A DNA stretch of 10,753 nt from Candidatus Iainarchaeum sp. (GTDB taxonomy: Archaea; Iainarchaeota; Iainarchaeia; Iainarchaeales; DTGL01). The stretch lies in contig JAVYME010000012.1 of the NCBI GenBank assembly GCA_038736825.1, positions 16,846 to 27,598 of the forward strand. The letters run 5' to 3'. The notes below the pieces were generated by a model. The model made no database searches. It worked only from the letters and a program-made list of their open reading frames with translations, and had not been told where the DNA came from. This document shows, piece by piece, positions 1-7,200 of this stretch (position 1 is its first letter; each line of letters starts with the position of its first letter). A program made the translations under genes and the position numbers.

Positions 1-102
1 TGCCAATAACCGCGATTTCCATTCCAACACCAAGGCATTCTTTCAGACATTAAAACAACAACATATTAATAAAACAAATGCAAGTGCAATTTTTTTTTTG
101 GT

Positions 103-175
103 ACAATTGCTGTCAATTGATTCTTTTTTTGCTTTAATTTAATGCCTTTTTTTTTGCTTCCATTTGGACAATTGC
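103..175. repeat. Cluster of three CAATTG palindromes (104-109, 114-119, 169-174). Two sit inside a repeated 8-mer ACAATTGC (103-110 and 168-175). Possible operator sites upstream of the nucleotidyltransferase gene.
   Basis: Read directly: ggtACAATTGCtgTCAATTGAtt ... tggACAATTGCaa. By hand scan I find only about seven other CAATTG in the remaining 10.5 kb. Confidence 0.5.
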
Positions 176-184
176 AAATTAAAA
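176..184 (+). promoter_or_regulatory. Candidate archaeal TATA-like box (AAATTAAAA) for the nucleotidyltransferase-hpt unit
   Basis: A/T box ending about 22 nt upstream of ATG 207. No Shine-Dalgarno lies before that ATG, so the spacing fits a leaderless or near-leaderless archaeal mRNA. Position-based guess only. Confidence 0.25.
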
Positions 185-206
185 CCTTTTGCCGGTATAA
201 TAGAAC

Positions 207-929
207 ATGAGGGCTGTCAGAAAGGCTTTTGTTCTTGCCGGCGGCATTGGCTCGCGCTTGAGGCCTTTCACTTTGGAAATTCCCAAGCCATTGCTTCCAG
301 TAAAGGGAAAACCGGTTTTAGAGTACAATCTTGAAAACTTGAAAGTGCATGGCGTTAAAGAGGTTGTGCTGGGAGTCGGCTATAAAGCGGAAAAGGTACG
401 AGAATATTTTGGAAATGGCGAAAGGCTTGGCTTGAAAATAAAATACAGTTTGGAGAAAGAGCCTTTGGGAACTGCTGGTGCATTAAAGCTTGCTGAAAAG
501 CATTTTGATTCCACTTTTTACATGTGCAATGGTGACGAGGTAAAAGACATAAATTATTCTCTAATGCTGGAATTGCACAGGGAAAAAAAGGCAATTGGAA
601 CGCTGGCTCTCGTGGAAGTGGAGGATGCTTCAGAGTTTGGGAGAGTTGAAACAAGAGATAACCTGATTGTTTCTTTTAGGGAAAAGGATGGCTTGAAAGA
701 GCGCGGCATTGTGAGTGCAGGCGCTTACGTTCTTGAAAAAAAGGTATTGAGAATGATTCCAAAAAGGGAAAAGTACAGCATTGAAAAACAGGTTTTTCCA
801 TTGCTTGCTGAAAAGAAAAAACTTTTTGGTTGCAAAATGGCAACCCAGTTTTTTCCAGCAGACAACCCGCAAAGATATGAAAAAGCAATAATGGAATGGA
901 ATGGAATAACCGGAGGCGGAAAAAAGTGA
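207..929 (+). CDS. Sugar-1-phosphate nucleotidyltransferase, short form without the C-terminal beta-helix (NTP_transferase family; glucose-1-P thymidylyl/uridylyl- or mannose-1-P guanylyltransferase-like)
   Basis: 240-aa ORF. N-terminal nucleotide-binding loop VLAGGIGSRLRPFTLEIPKPLLPV (GxGxRL signature), EKEPLGTAGAL motif and MCNGDEV. Sugar and nucleotide specificity cannot be called by eye. Confidence 0.88.
   Translation: MRAVRKAFVLAGGIGSRLRPFTLEIPKPLLPVKGKPVLEYNLENLKVHGVKEVVLGVGYKAEKVREYFGNGERLGLKIKYSLEKEPLGTAGALKLAEKHFDSTFYMCNGDEVKDINYSLMLELHREKKAIGTLALVEVEDASEFGRVETRDNLIVSFREKDGLKERGIVSAGAYVLEKKVLRMIPKREKYSIEKQVFPLLAEKKKLFGCKMATQFFPADNPQRYEKAIMEWNGITGGGKK
912..916 (+). promoter_or_regulatory. 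Shine-Dalgarno GGAGG serving the hpt GTG start
   Basis: GGAGG lies 9 nt upstream of GTG 926, inside the 3' end of the upstream CDS. Confidence 0.6.
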
Positions 930-1558
930 AAATAGTCAATAATTTCAGCAAAACAGTTTTAGTGCCACCAGAAGGCATAAAGCTTGAAGGCGAAGAGCCC
1001 TGTGTGAGGGACAAATACAAAAAAGACATAGAGCGCGTGCTAATCTCTAAAGGCTGTTTGAGGGAAAGGGTAAAACGCCTTGCATCAGAAGTAGCCAGTG
1101 CCTTTGAAAAAGCAAAAGAAGTAAACTGCGTGGTGGTTTTAAAGGGCGGAATGTTTTTTGCCTCTGACTTGATGCGCTTAATAGACGATGAAACAGACCT
1201 CAAAACCAAACTGGATTTTATTCAAGCCTCAAGCTATTATGACACTTCGCACAGTTGTGGCAAGGTAACCTTAAAAGAAACATCGCCGCTTGAAGGCGAC
1301 CACATACTCTTAATAGAGGACGTGGTTGACACTGGCACAACACTTTCCAAACTCCAAGAATACTTGCGAGAAAGAAAAAAATTCTTTAAAACCTGTGTTC
1401 TCTTGGACAAAGGACTGCCAAAAGCGCCAGGCCTCCAAATAGACTTTATAGGCTTTAAGATTCCCAACGAGTTTGTTGCAGGCTATGGCTTGGATTATGC
1501 TGGCAGATACCGTGGAATGCCTGATGTTGTTGTTGTAAACAAAAAACTATTAAAATAA
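926..1558 (+). CDS. hpt: Hypoxanthine(-guanine) phosphoribosyltransferase, long-form N-terminus
   Basis: PRPP-binding motif HILLIEDVVDTGTTL; VVLKGGMFFASDL; C-terminal DFIGFKIPNEFVAGYGLDYAGRYRGMP. The longest ORF starts at ATG 896. GTG 926 is preferred because it follows GGAGG and overlaps the upstream stop as GTGA (926-929). Confidence 0.9.
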   Translation: MKIVNNFSKTVLVPPEGIKLEGEEPCVRDKYKKDIERVLISKGCLRERVKRLASEVASAFEKAKEVNCVVVLKGGMFFASDLMRLIDDETDLKTKLDFIQASSYYDTSHSCGKVTLKETSPLEGDHILLIEDVVDTGTTLSKLQEYLRERKKFFKTCVLLDKGLPKAPGLQIDFIGFKIPNEFVAGYGLDYAGRYRGMPDVVVVNKKLLK

Positions 1559-1562
1559 GTTT

Positions 1563-2810
1563 TTAGCGTGAAACCCAGTTCAATGCCTGCTCTCTGGCTT
1601 TTTCCAAAATTTCGCTTTCGCCCTCTATTTTTCCCTTGAACTTCAATATTTCTCCATTGCAGAAAACAGTGTCAATGCATGAATCGCTTGCAGAAAAAAC
1701 CAAGTCTGATGTGAGATTGTGTCCTGGAACAAGGGAAAAATTTTTCAAGTCAACAAGCAAAAAGTCTGCAAGCATTCCTTCCCTTATCAACCCAGCGTTT
1801 AATCCAAGCGCTTTCGCTCCTCCTTCGGTTGCCATAAAAAAAACCTCTTTGGCTGGCAGTATTGTTGGATTTCCAGTGGAATGTTTTTGCAAAAGGCTTG
1901 CAAGCTTCATTTCTGAAAGCATTGAAAGCGAATTGTTTGAAGCACAACCATCAGTGCCCAAGCACACTGGCACTCCAGCTTTTTTCATTTCATTATAGGG
2001 CATTGCCCTGCCTACAGCGAGCTTCATGTTTGATGCTGGACAATGAACTGCTTTTGCCTTTGTTTTTGCCAGAATATTGATTTCTTTGCTGTCAAGCCAT
2101 ACCGAGTGCGCGTTCAAAACCCTTTCACTAAAAAAACCAATTTCTTGCAAGAATTCAGCAGGTCTTTTTTTGTGCTCCTTCAAGCAATCCAAAACCTCTT
2201 TTTTTGTTTCCGACAAGTGAAAGTGCACTAGCCATTTTTCTTTTTCAGAAATTTCTGCAATTTTTTTCAGGTTTTCAGTTGGCACTGTGTAAAGAGCGTG
2301 TGGTGCAAGCATTGGCTTTACAAGACTGCCAAAACCATTCAATTCCCTTGCTTGGTGTTTTATTCTGCCAAAACTGATTTTTTGCTTTCCCAAAAAAACA
2401 ATTCCAAGGAAAGCCCTCATTCCGGTTTCTTTCACGGCTTTGGCTGTTTCCCCTGGAAAAAAATACATGTCTGCAAAACAGGTTGTGCCGCTTTTAATCA
2501 TTTCAAGGCACGCAAGCTTTGAACCCCAATAAACATCCTTTTTTGTGATTTTTGCTTCAATTGGCCAAATGTGCTTTTCCAGCCATTCCTGTAATTCAAA
2601 ATCGTCAGCGTATCCCCTGAGCAAAGACATTGCAGCATGAGTGTGGCAGTTCACAAAAGAGGGCACAATTGCAAGGCCTTTTCCGTTAATCACTTCGCCA
2701 GAACGGTCTTTTTGCCTTCCAATTGATGCAATTTTGTTTCCTTCAACCAAAACATTTGTTTTTTTCTTGCCTAAAAAAACATTTTCAATCAATGCCTTCA
2801 AGGAAGCCAC
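1563..2810 (-). CDS. mtaD: Amidohydrolase-superfamily nucleoside deaminase, MtaD/DadD-type (5-methylthioadenosine / S-adenosylhomocysteine / 5'-deoxyadenosine deaminase)
   Basis: 415-aa ORF. HxH metal motif in PSFVNCHTHAAMSLLRGYADD, then HFHLSETKKEV, NAHSVWL and CLGTDGCASNN, the order typical of MtaD-like deaminases. Related SsnA and guanine-deaminase families share these motifs, so the substrate is inferred. The GTG start at 2810 abuts the upstream stop (TAG 2813-2811). TTG 2801, preceded by AGGTGG, is an alternative start. Confidence 0.85.
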   Translation of the reverse strand: MASLKALIENVFLGKKKTNVLVEGNKIASIGRQKDRSGEVINGKGLAIVPSFVNCHTHAAMSLLRGYADDFELQEWLEKHIWPIEAKITKKDVYWGSKLACLEMIKSGTTCFADMYFFPGETAKAVKETGMRAFLGIVFLGKQKISFGRIKHQARELNGFGSLVKPMLAPHALYTVPTENLKKIAEISEKEKWLVHFHLSETKKEVLDCLKEHKKRPAEFLQEIGFFSERVLNAHSVWLDSKEINILAKTKAKAVHCPASNMKLAVGRAMPYNEMKKAGVPVCLGTDGCASNNSLSMLSEMKLASLLQKHSTGNPTILPAKEVFFMATEGGAKALGLNAGLIREGMLADFLLVDLKNFSLVPGHNLTSDLVFSASDSCIDTVFCNGEILKFKGKIEGESEILEKAREQALNWVSR

Positions 2811-3521
2811 CTATTCTCTTGCAATTTCTTCAATGATTTTCCAAATATTGTCAGCATTCCTTGAAGCCATTTCCACTATTTCTGCATGCGCTGGCACAGC
2901 ATTTGAAATTCCATGGGCAAAATTGTCCACAGAGCAGATTGAAGCAAATTCCATTCCGCTTTCCTGGCAAAGGGTTGCCTCGCTGGCCATTGTCATTCCC
3001 ACGACATCAGCAAACTGTGAGAACATTTTTGTTTCAGCTATTGTTTCCAGCCTTGGACCGGTTGTTTGAAGGTAGATTCCGCTGTCAATTGCTTCAATTC
3101 CCAGTTTTTTTGCAGAATCCAGCAGTTTTTGCCTTAGGCTGCTGCTTAGGGTTGGCGTGATGTGTTCTATTTGAAAGTCAAAAATTGTTTCAGGCGGTGC
3201 AAGGCAAATAAAATCGCTTGGCAGTATTATTTTTCCGGGAGTGATTTCTTTTTTGAGGCTCCCGCAAGAGTGTATTCCGACAACCTTGCTGATTCCAAGT
3301 TGTTTTAAGCCCAAAATGTTGGCTTTATGGTTTATTTTGTGGGGTGGAATTGCGCTCAGCAGTCCGTGTCTTGGCACAAAGGCGATTTTGTCGCTTATTT
3401 TTATGTTGACTGTTCCAAATTTTGTGCTTGCTAAAAAGTCTCCGAATTTTTCAAAAAAGTTTTTTTTGAATAAGACTGTTCCGCCTATAACTCCAAGCAT
3501 AAGATTGCCCCTTAAAGCCAT
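2811..3521 (-). CDS. mtnP: Trimeric PNP/MTAP-family nucleoside phosphorylase, possibly methylthioinosine/inosine-specific (MTA/MTI phosphorylase)
   Basis: 236-aa ORF. MLGVIGGTVLF N-terminus, FVPRHG phosphate loop, PPHKINHKANILGLKQLGISKVVGIHSCGSL, TTGPRLET and ADVVGMTMASEATLCQESGMEFASICSVDNF align by eye along the whole MTAP fold. An alternative start at ATG 3500 lies 7 nt after GGGG of AAGGGG. Confidence 0.85.
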   Translation of the reverse strand: MALRGNLMLGVIGGTVLFKKNFFEKFGDFLASTKFGTVNIKISDKIAFVPRHGLLSAIPPHKINHKANILGLKQLGISKVVGIHSCGSLKKEITPGKIILPSDFICLAPPETIFDFQIEHITPTLSSSLRQKLLDSAKKLGIEAIDSGIYLQTTGPRLETIAETKMFSQFADVVGMTMASEATLCQESGMEFASICSVDNFAHGISNAVPAHAEIVEMASRNADNIWKIIEEIARE

Positions 3522-3548
3522 AAAAGCAAAAAAATAATTGGGCGCAGT

Positions 3549-3560
3549 GTTTTAATCCTT
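3549..3560 (-). promoter_or_regulatory. Candidate BRE/TATA element AAGGATTAAAAC upstream of the phosphorylase-deaminase pair
   Basis: The minus strand reads TAA-AAGGATTAAAAC-27 nt-ATG(3521). Nearly the same 12-13-mer recurs at 4106-4119 (+), and a related form at 8838-8855 (-). Confidence 0.3.
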
Positions 3561-4061
3561 TTATATTAGTGAAAAAACCCCGGAGGACAGGGCTGAAACT
3601 ATGATGCCTGCAATTATTACGCCGATTGTGTTTGCTATTGCAAATTTTTTAAAACTCATTCCGAAAACAAAGGCGGCTAGCGCGCCAGTCCAAGCGCCAG
3701 TGCCAGGCAAAGGCATTGCAATGAACAATGCAAGCCCTAACCCGCCAAATTTTTCAACATATTTTTTGGATTTTCTTTGAACCCTTTTCACCAAAAAATC
3801 ATAGGTTTTTTTCACCAATTTGAATCTTGTAAAGTGGTGTATTGCTTTGTTCAAGAGCAAAAACACAATCAAGCCTGCAAAAATGTTTGCAGTGATTGCA
3901 ACCAAAAAAACCGGAATTAATGGCAAGCCAAATCCCTGGAATTCCATTCCAAAGGGCAATGCCACTCTTCCTGAAAAAATGCCGACTGGAATGCCAAACC
4001 TTAGTTCTACAAATGGAAGCATGCTGATAAGTGCAACCCACAAAAGCCCAATCCATTGCAT
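3561..4061 (-). CDS. Small polytopic membrane protein, COG2426 / PF06695-like (putative small multidrug-export protein family; function unproven)
   Basis: 166 aa from ATG 4061; the ORF track starts at TTG 4073. About 4-5 hydrophobic helices. N-terminal LPFVELRFGIPVG motif, a basic cytoplasmic loop KRVQRKSKKYVEKFG, then AMPLPGTGAWTGALAAFVFG. I recall this motif pair from that family, from memory only. Confidence 0.65.
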   Translation of the reverse strand: MQWIGLLWVALISMLPFVELRFGIPVGIFSGRVALPFGMEFQGFGLPLIPVFLVAITANIFAGLIVFLLLNKAIHHFTRFKLVKKTYDFLVKRVQRKSKKYVEKFGGLGLALFIAMPLPGTGAWTGALAAFVFGMSFKKFAIANTIGVIIAGIIVSALSSGVFSLI

Positions 4062-4105
4062 GTTTTTCGCCAAAAAATATTGCTTTCAGAAGAAAACCAT
4101 TGTAA

Positions 4106-4119
4106 AAGGATTAAAAACC
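4106..4119 (+). promoter_or_regulatory. Candidate BRE/TATA element AAGGATTAAAAACC in the divergent region between the membrane-protein and surface-protein genes
   Basis: Near-identical to the element at 3549-3560 (-). Sense orientation matches the + strand surface-protein gene. Because the box is A/T-symmetric it could also serve the minus-strand gene. Confidence 0.3.
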
Positions 4120-4194
4120 GTTTGCAGGGAAAAATATAGTGAAAAAAAGGCAAAATTAACTGAAAAAAATTAATTATGTGTTAGCCTTGTTTTC

Positions 4195-4199
4195 AGGAG
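4195..4199 (+). promoter_or_regulatory. Shine-Dalgarno AGGAG(TG) for the surface-protein gene
   Basis: AGGAG lies 8 nt upstream of in-frame TTG 4208. Starting there gives a textbook signal peptide, MNKSFSLFAFLLLISNLSFA. Confidence 0.5.
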
Positions 4200-4207
4200 T
4201 GGTTTTT

Positions 4208-7200
4208 TTGAATAAAAGTTTTTCTCTGTTTGCTTTCCTGCTTTTAATTTCAAACCTTTCCTTTGCTTTGCCAGCAATAATTGATTTTTCCTTAAACAGT
4301 GGCGCTCAATACTCCAATTCTGTTACATTGAGTGCCGCAATAACCCCTGACTGGGCTGACTGCAACAGCATTGCTCAAAAATGGATGTCTTTCAATTGCG
4401 TTGACCAAAACCTTGAATGGATTTCCTTTTCTGCAACACACTCTTTAAACCTTTCAACAATTATTGCATGCAATGCAAGCTCTGACGAACAAAAAACAGT
4501 GTATGCATGGATTGCTTGCGGTGAAACCGACAGCCTCAACCAGTCACCAAGCAAGACTGCAACAATCACTCTTGACAAGACACCGCCATTCATAAAAATA
4601 AACAATAATGGCTTGAGCCAAACAAGCCAAGAAATCTCTTTTGACTTAAACGACAACTTGAGCGGAATAAACCTTGCACTAGTGAATGTAAAAATAAACA
4701 ATCAGGCATCCACTTCCTTTAACCCAACAATTCATTGCATTGATTCAGCCAGCAACAAAAACTATTCCTGCCAATACATTGAAAGCTTTCTGCAATACGA
4801 TGACAATTACCTTGTTGAAATAACATCAACAGACAATGCAGGAAACCAAGCAGTGCAAAGCGCTTCATTTGAATACTTGGACAATACGCCTCCAAACCCT
4901 CCAACCACGGTTTCCTGTTCGAGTGGCACTGGACTCATTCAACTTTCCTGGCAAAAAAACAGCGAGCCAGACACACAAAAATACAATATTTACAGGAGCA
5001 CAACCCTGCCAACCCCAAAAAATGACGCTAACAGAGTGCTCTCGCTTTCCCATTCCTTGTGCACTGGCTCAAGCTGTAGTGCAAGCGATTCAAACAACCT
5101 TATTGCAGGCACAAGCTATTATTGTGCTGTATCAGTTGTTGACAAAAGCGGTGATGAAAGCACATTAATGCCAGCAAGCACTGGCTGCTCTTCACAAGCA
5201 GCAATTCCAAGCGCGCCATCACTATCCTGGGCAGGGCATTCAAGCGATTCCTGGACAAGCGACAACAGTCTAACAATAAGCTGGCCAGAGGTTGAAAATG
5301 CAACAGGCTATTCTTGCACTTGGGAAACCTCTTCCTCAATAGAACCAGATAACACAATAGACGGCGATTATTGCCAAAACCGGAGCCTGCAAAGAAGCGG
5401 TCTTTCCAATGGAACCTATTACTTGAAAGTAAGGGCTTGCAATTCAAGTGGTTGCAGTGGCATTTCCACTTTCATTGCAAGAATTGACAGTACTGTGCCA
5501 AGCATTCCAAGAAACCTTTCAGCAAGCGTTCAATCAAACGGAGACATTGAATTGGATTGGGATGAGCCAAGCACAATAGGTTCAAGCGGAATAAGCGAAT
5601 ACAGGGTTTACAGGCACACAAACTCTTTTTCTGTTGACAGCGACAAGAGAATAGCCAGGATTTCAAACACATATTACACTGATTCAAGCAGCACAGTCAG
5701 AAACAACAAGGGAACCCGCTATTATTATTTGGTGACCGCAGTAAGCAATGCAGGGCTTGAAAGCAATGCAGCCTCAATAAGCGCAAGGTTTGGCTCAGAA
5801 GAACCATCCATTTCCATATTGTTGCCAGAATACGCAAAAGAGGAAACACTCCAAATAGAAATTTCCTCCTCAAATGCAAAAATGGAAGGCTGCATTTTAC
5901 AAGTAAAACCAGCAAACAGCACTTCCTTTAAAACAATTGGAAGCATTATAGACAACACTTACAAGGCTGTAAGATCGTATACTTTCACTTCAGCTGAAGC
6001 CGGCAAAGCAGAATTCTCTTTAACCTGTGACAACCTTGAAAGCACAATCACAAGGTTTGTTAAAGTGGACACTGTTGCTCCATCACTGGACTGGATTTCA
6101 CCACTTGCAGGCACAACAGTTAATGGCACAATCGACTTAATAATAGAATCTTCCGATAGCGGTTATGGAGTTAAAGAGGTTTCCTTTTACCAAAACAATT
6201 CCCTTATAGGAACATCTGAAAAGCCATTTGAAGGCAAAAAATACAAGATTGCCTGGAATGCAAAGGATTCAAATGAAGACATTTTGCTGAAAGCAGTTGC
6301 CAAAGACAATGCAGGCAACACAACAGAAAAAGAAATAAAAGTGAAAACAAGCGCTACAGAAAAAAAAGCCCAAGATGCAATAAGTGCAGCTGAAAACGCA
6401 AAAACAGAAGCTCAAAAAACACTCGCACAATTCACAAGCAAAGGAATTGCGGTTCCAGAATCGCTTGCCTTGCTTAAAAGAGAAGCTGACTCATTGCTAG
6501 TATCAGCAAAATCCTTGTTAGGGCAAAAAGACTATGAAAATGCAGAAAAAAACGCTTTAAGCGCAAAAGAAAAATACAATAAAATCGTTTCAAATTATTC
6601 AATTACAGAACTCCACTCAGAAGAAACAAGCTGTTCAACTGCACAACAATTCCTGGAAATAATTGCCAGTGACAGCCTTTCAAGGGAAGCAACAGCAAAC
6701 CTGGCTGGAGCCAATCCTTCAAGAAAAACCACGGTTTTCAAGACAACCGAAAACGGCATTGAAAAATTCGTGATTGCAATAAAAATCACTCTTACAAACA
6801 AAACAAGCGACACCACAATCCAAATAGTTGAAGCCATTCCAAAAACCCTAGCCAAATCCGACAACGAAATCTCCTCGCTTTTGCCATTTGAAGTGCTCTC
6901 CGCAGACCCCATAATCAAATTCAAAGTAAACGCACAACCTGAAAGCACAACCACAATAACCTATTTCCTGAAAACACCAATAACCCTAGCAGAACTGCAA
7001 GACTTAAACGCTTCAGGAGCACTCAAGCCATGGCAAAACCCGCCAATGCCGTTCAAGGAATCAACAGTGGTTGAAAGCACTGCCTTTAAACCCCAAACCA
7101 CAACAGGAACAACAACTGAAAGCACTGGCTTTTTCGCGCTTGGAAGCGACTTACTCCCAGTTATTGGAATAATCCTAATAATTGCAATAATCCTGTTCTT

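Noticed and set aside
1-142. Possible partial gene at the left edge. Candidates are a minus-strand start at ATG 50 (MSERMPWCWNGNRGYW...), + strand ends at TAA 7-9 or TAA 49-51, and a + frame-2 ORF open to TAA 140-142. T10 (90-99) and T9 (147-155) runs could be terminators for a + strand gene.
   Set aside because: Only 16-46 codons are visible and three readings are mutually exclusive. The first ~50 nt look more coding-like than the rest, but neither strand nor frame can be decided without the flanking sequence, so no feature is called.
196-201. Perfect bacterial -10 hexamer TATAAT 5 nt before ATG 207
   Set aside because: The window is archaeal by tRNA intron, A1-U72 tRNA-Gln and GGR. In an AT-rich spacer a TATAAT is expected by chance, and it is too close to the ATG to be an archaeal TATA box.
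676-1209. 177-aa minus-strand ORF, plus 355-654 and 630-872 (-)
   Set aside because: These are antisense to two motif-rich genes (nucleotidyltransferase and hpt), span their junction and have low-complexity, family-less translations. They are shadow ORFs.
1559-1562. Looked for a terminator between the convergent hpt and deaminase genes
   Set aside because: The stop codons are only 4 nt apart (TAA-gttt-TTA), so there is no room for any element. Transcripts must end inside the opposing gene. This is noted as genome compaction, not as a feature.
3578-3585. 8-nt match CCCCGGAG between the membrane-protein gene and the tRNA 3' acceptor/T-arm region (8714-8721), considered as a possible att-type direct repeat marking an integrated element
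   Set aside because: It is only 8 nt and lies inside an intact CDS. No integrase or other mobile-element gene lies between the copies, and the intervening genes are housekeeping or envelope genes. It is most likely chance.
1636-4173. + strand ORFs of 62-142 aa inside the minus-strand block (for example 1636-1998, 2641-3069, 2861-3160, 3241-3537, 3820-4173)
   Set aside because: All are antisense to CDSs with strong family motifs, and their translations are Phe/Leu/Lys-rich with no recognisable motifs. They are shadow ORFs.
4375-6954. ORFs of 61-119 aa overlapping the surface-protein gene (4375-4701, 5100-5447 and 6595-6954 on the minus strand; 4836-5168 on the + strand, out of frame)
   Set aside because: They lie within a 3.1-kb ORF whose own frame shows signal peptide, repeated domain motifs and a TM anchor. 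Nothing independently supports the overlapping frames.
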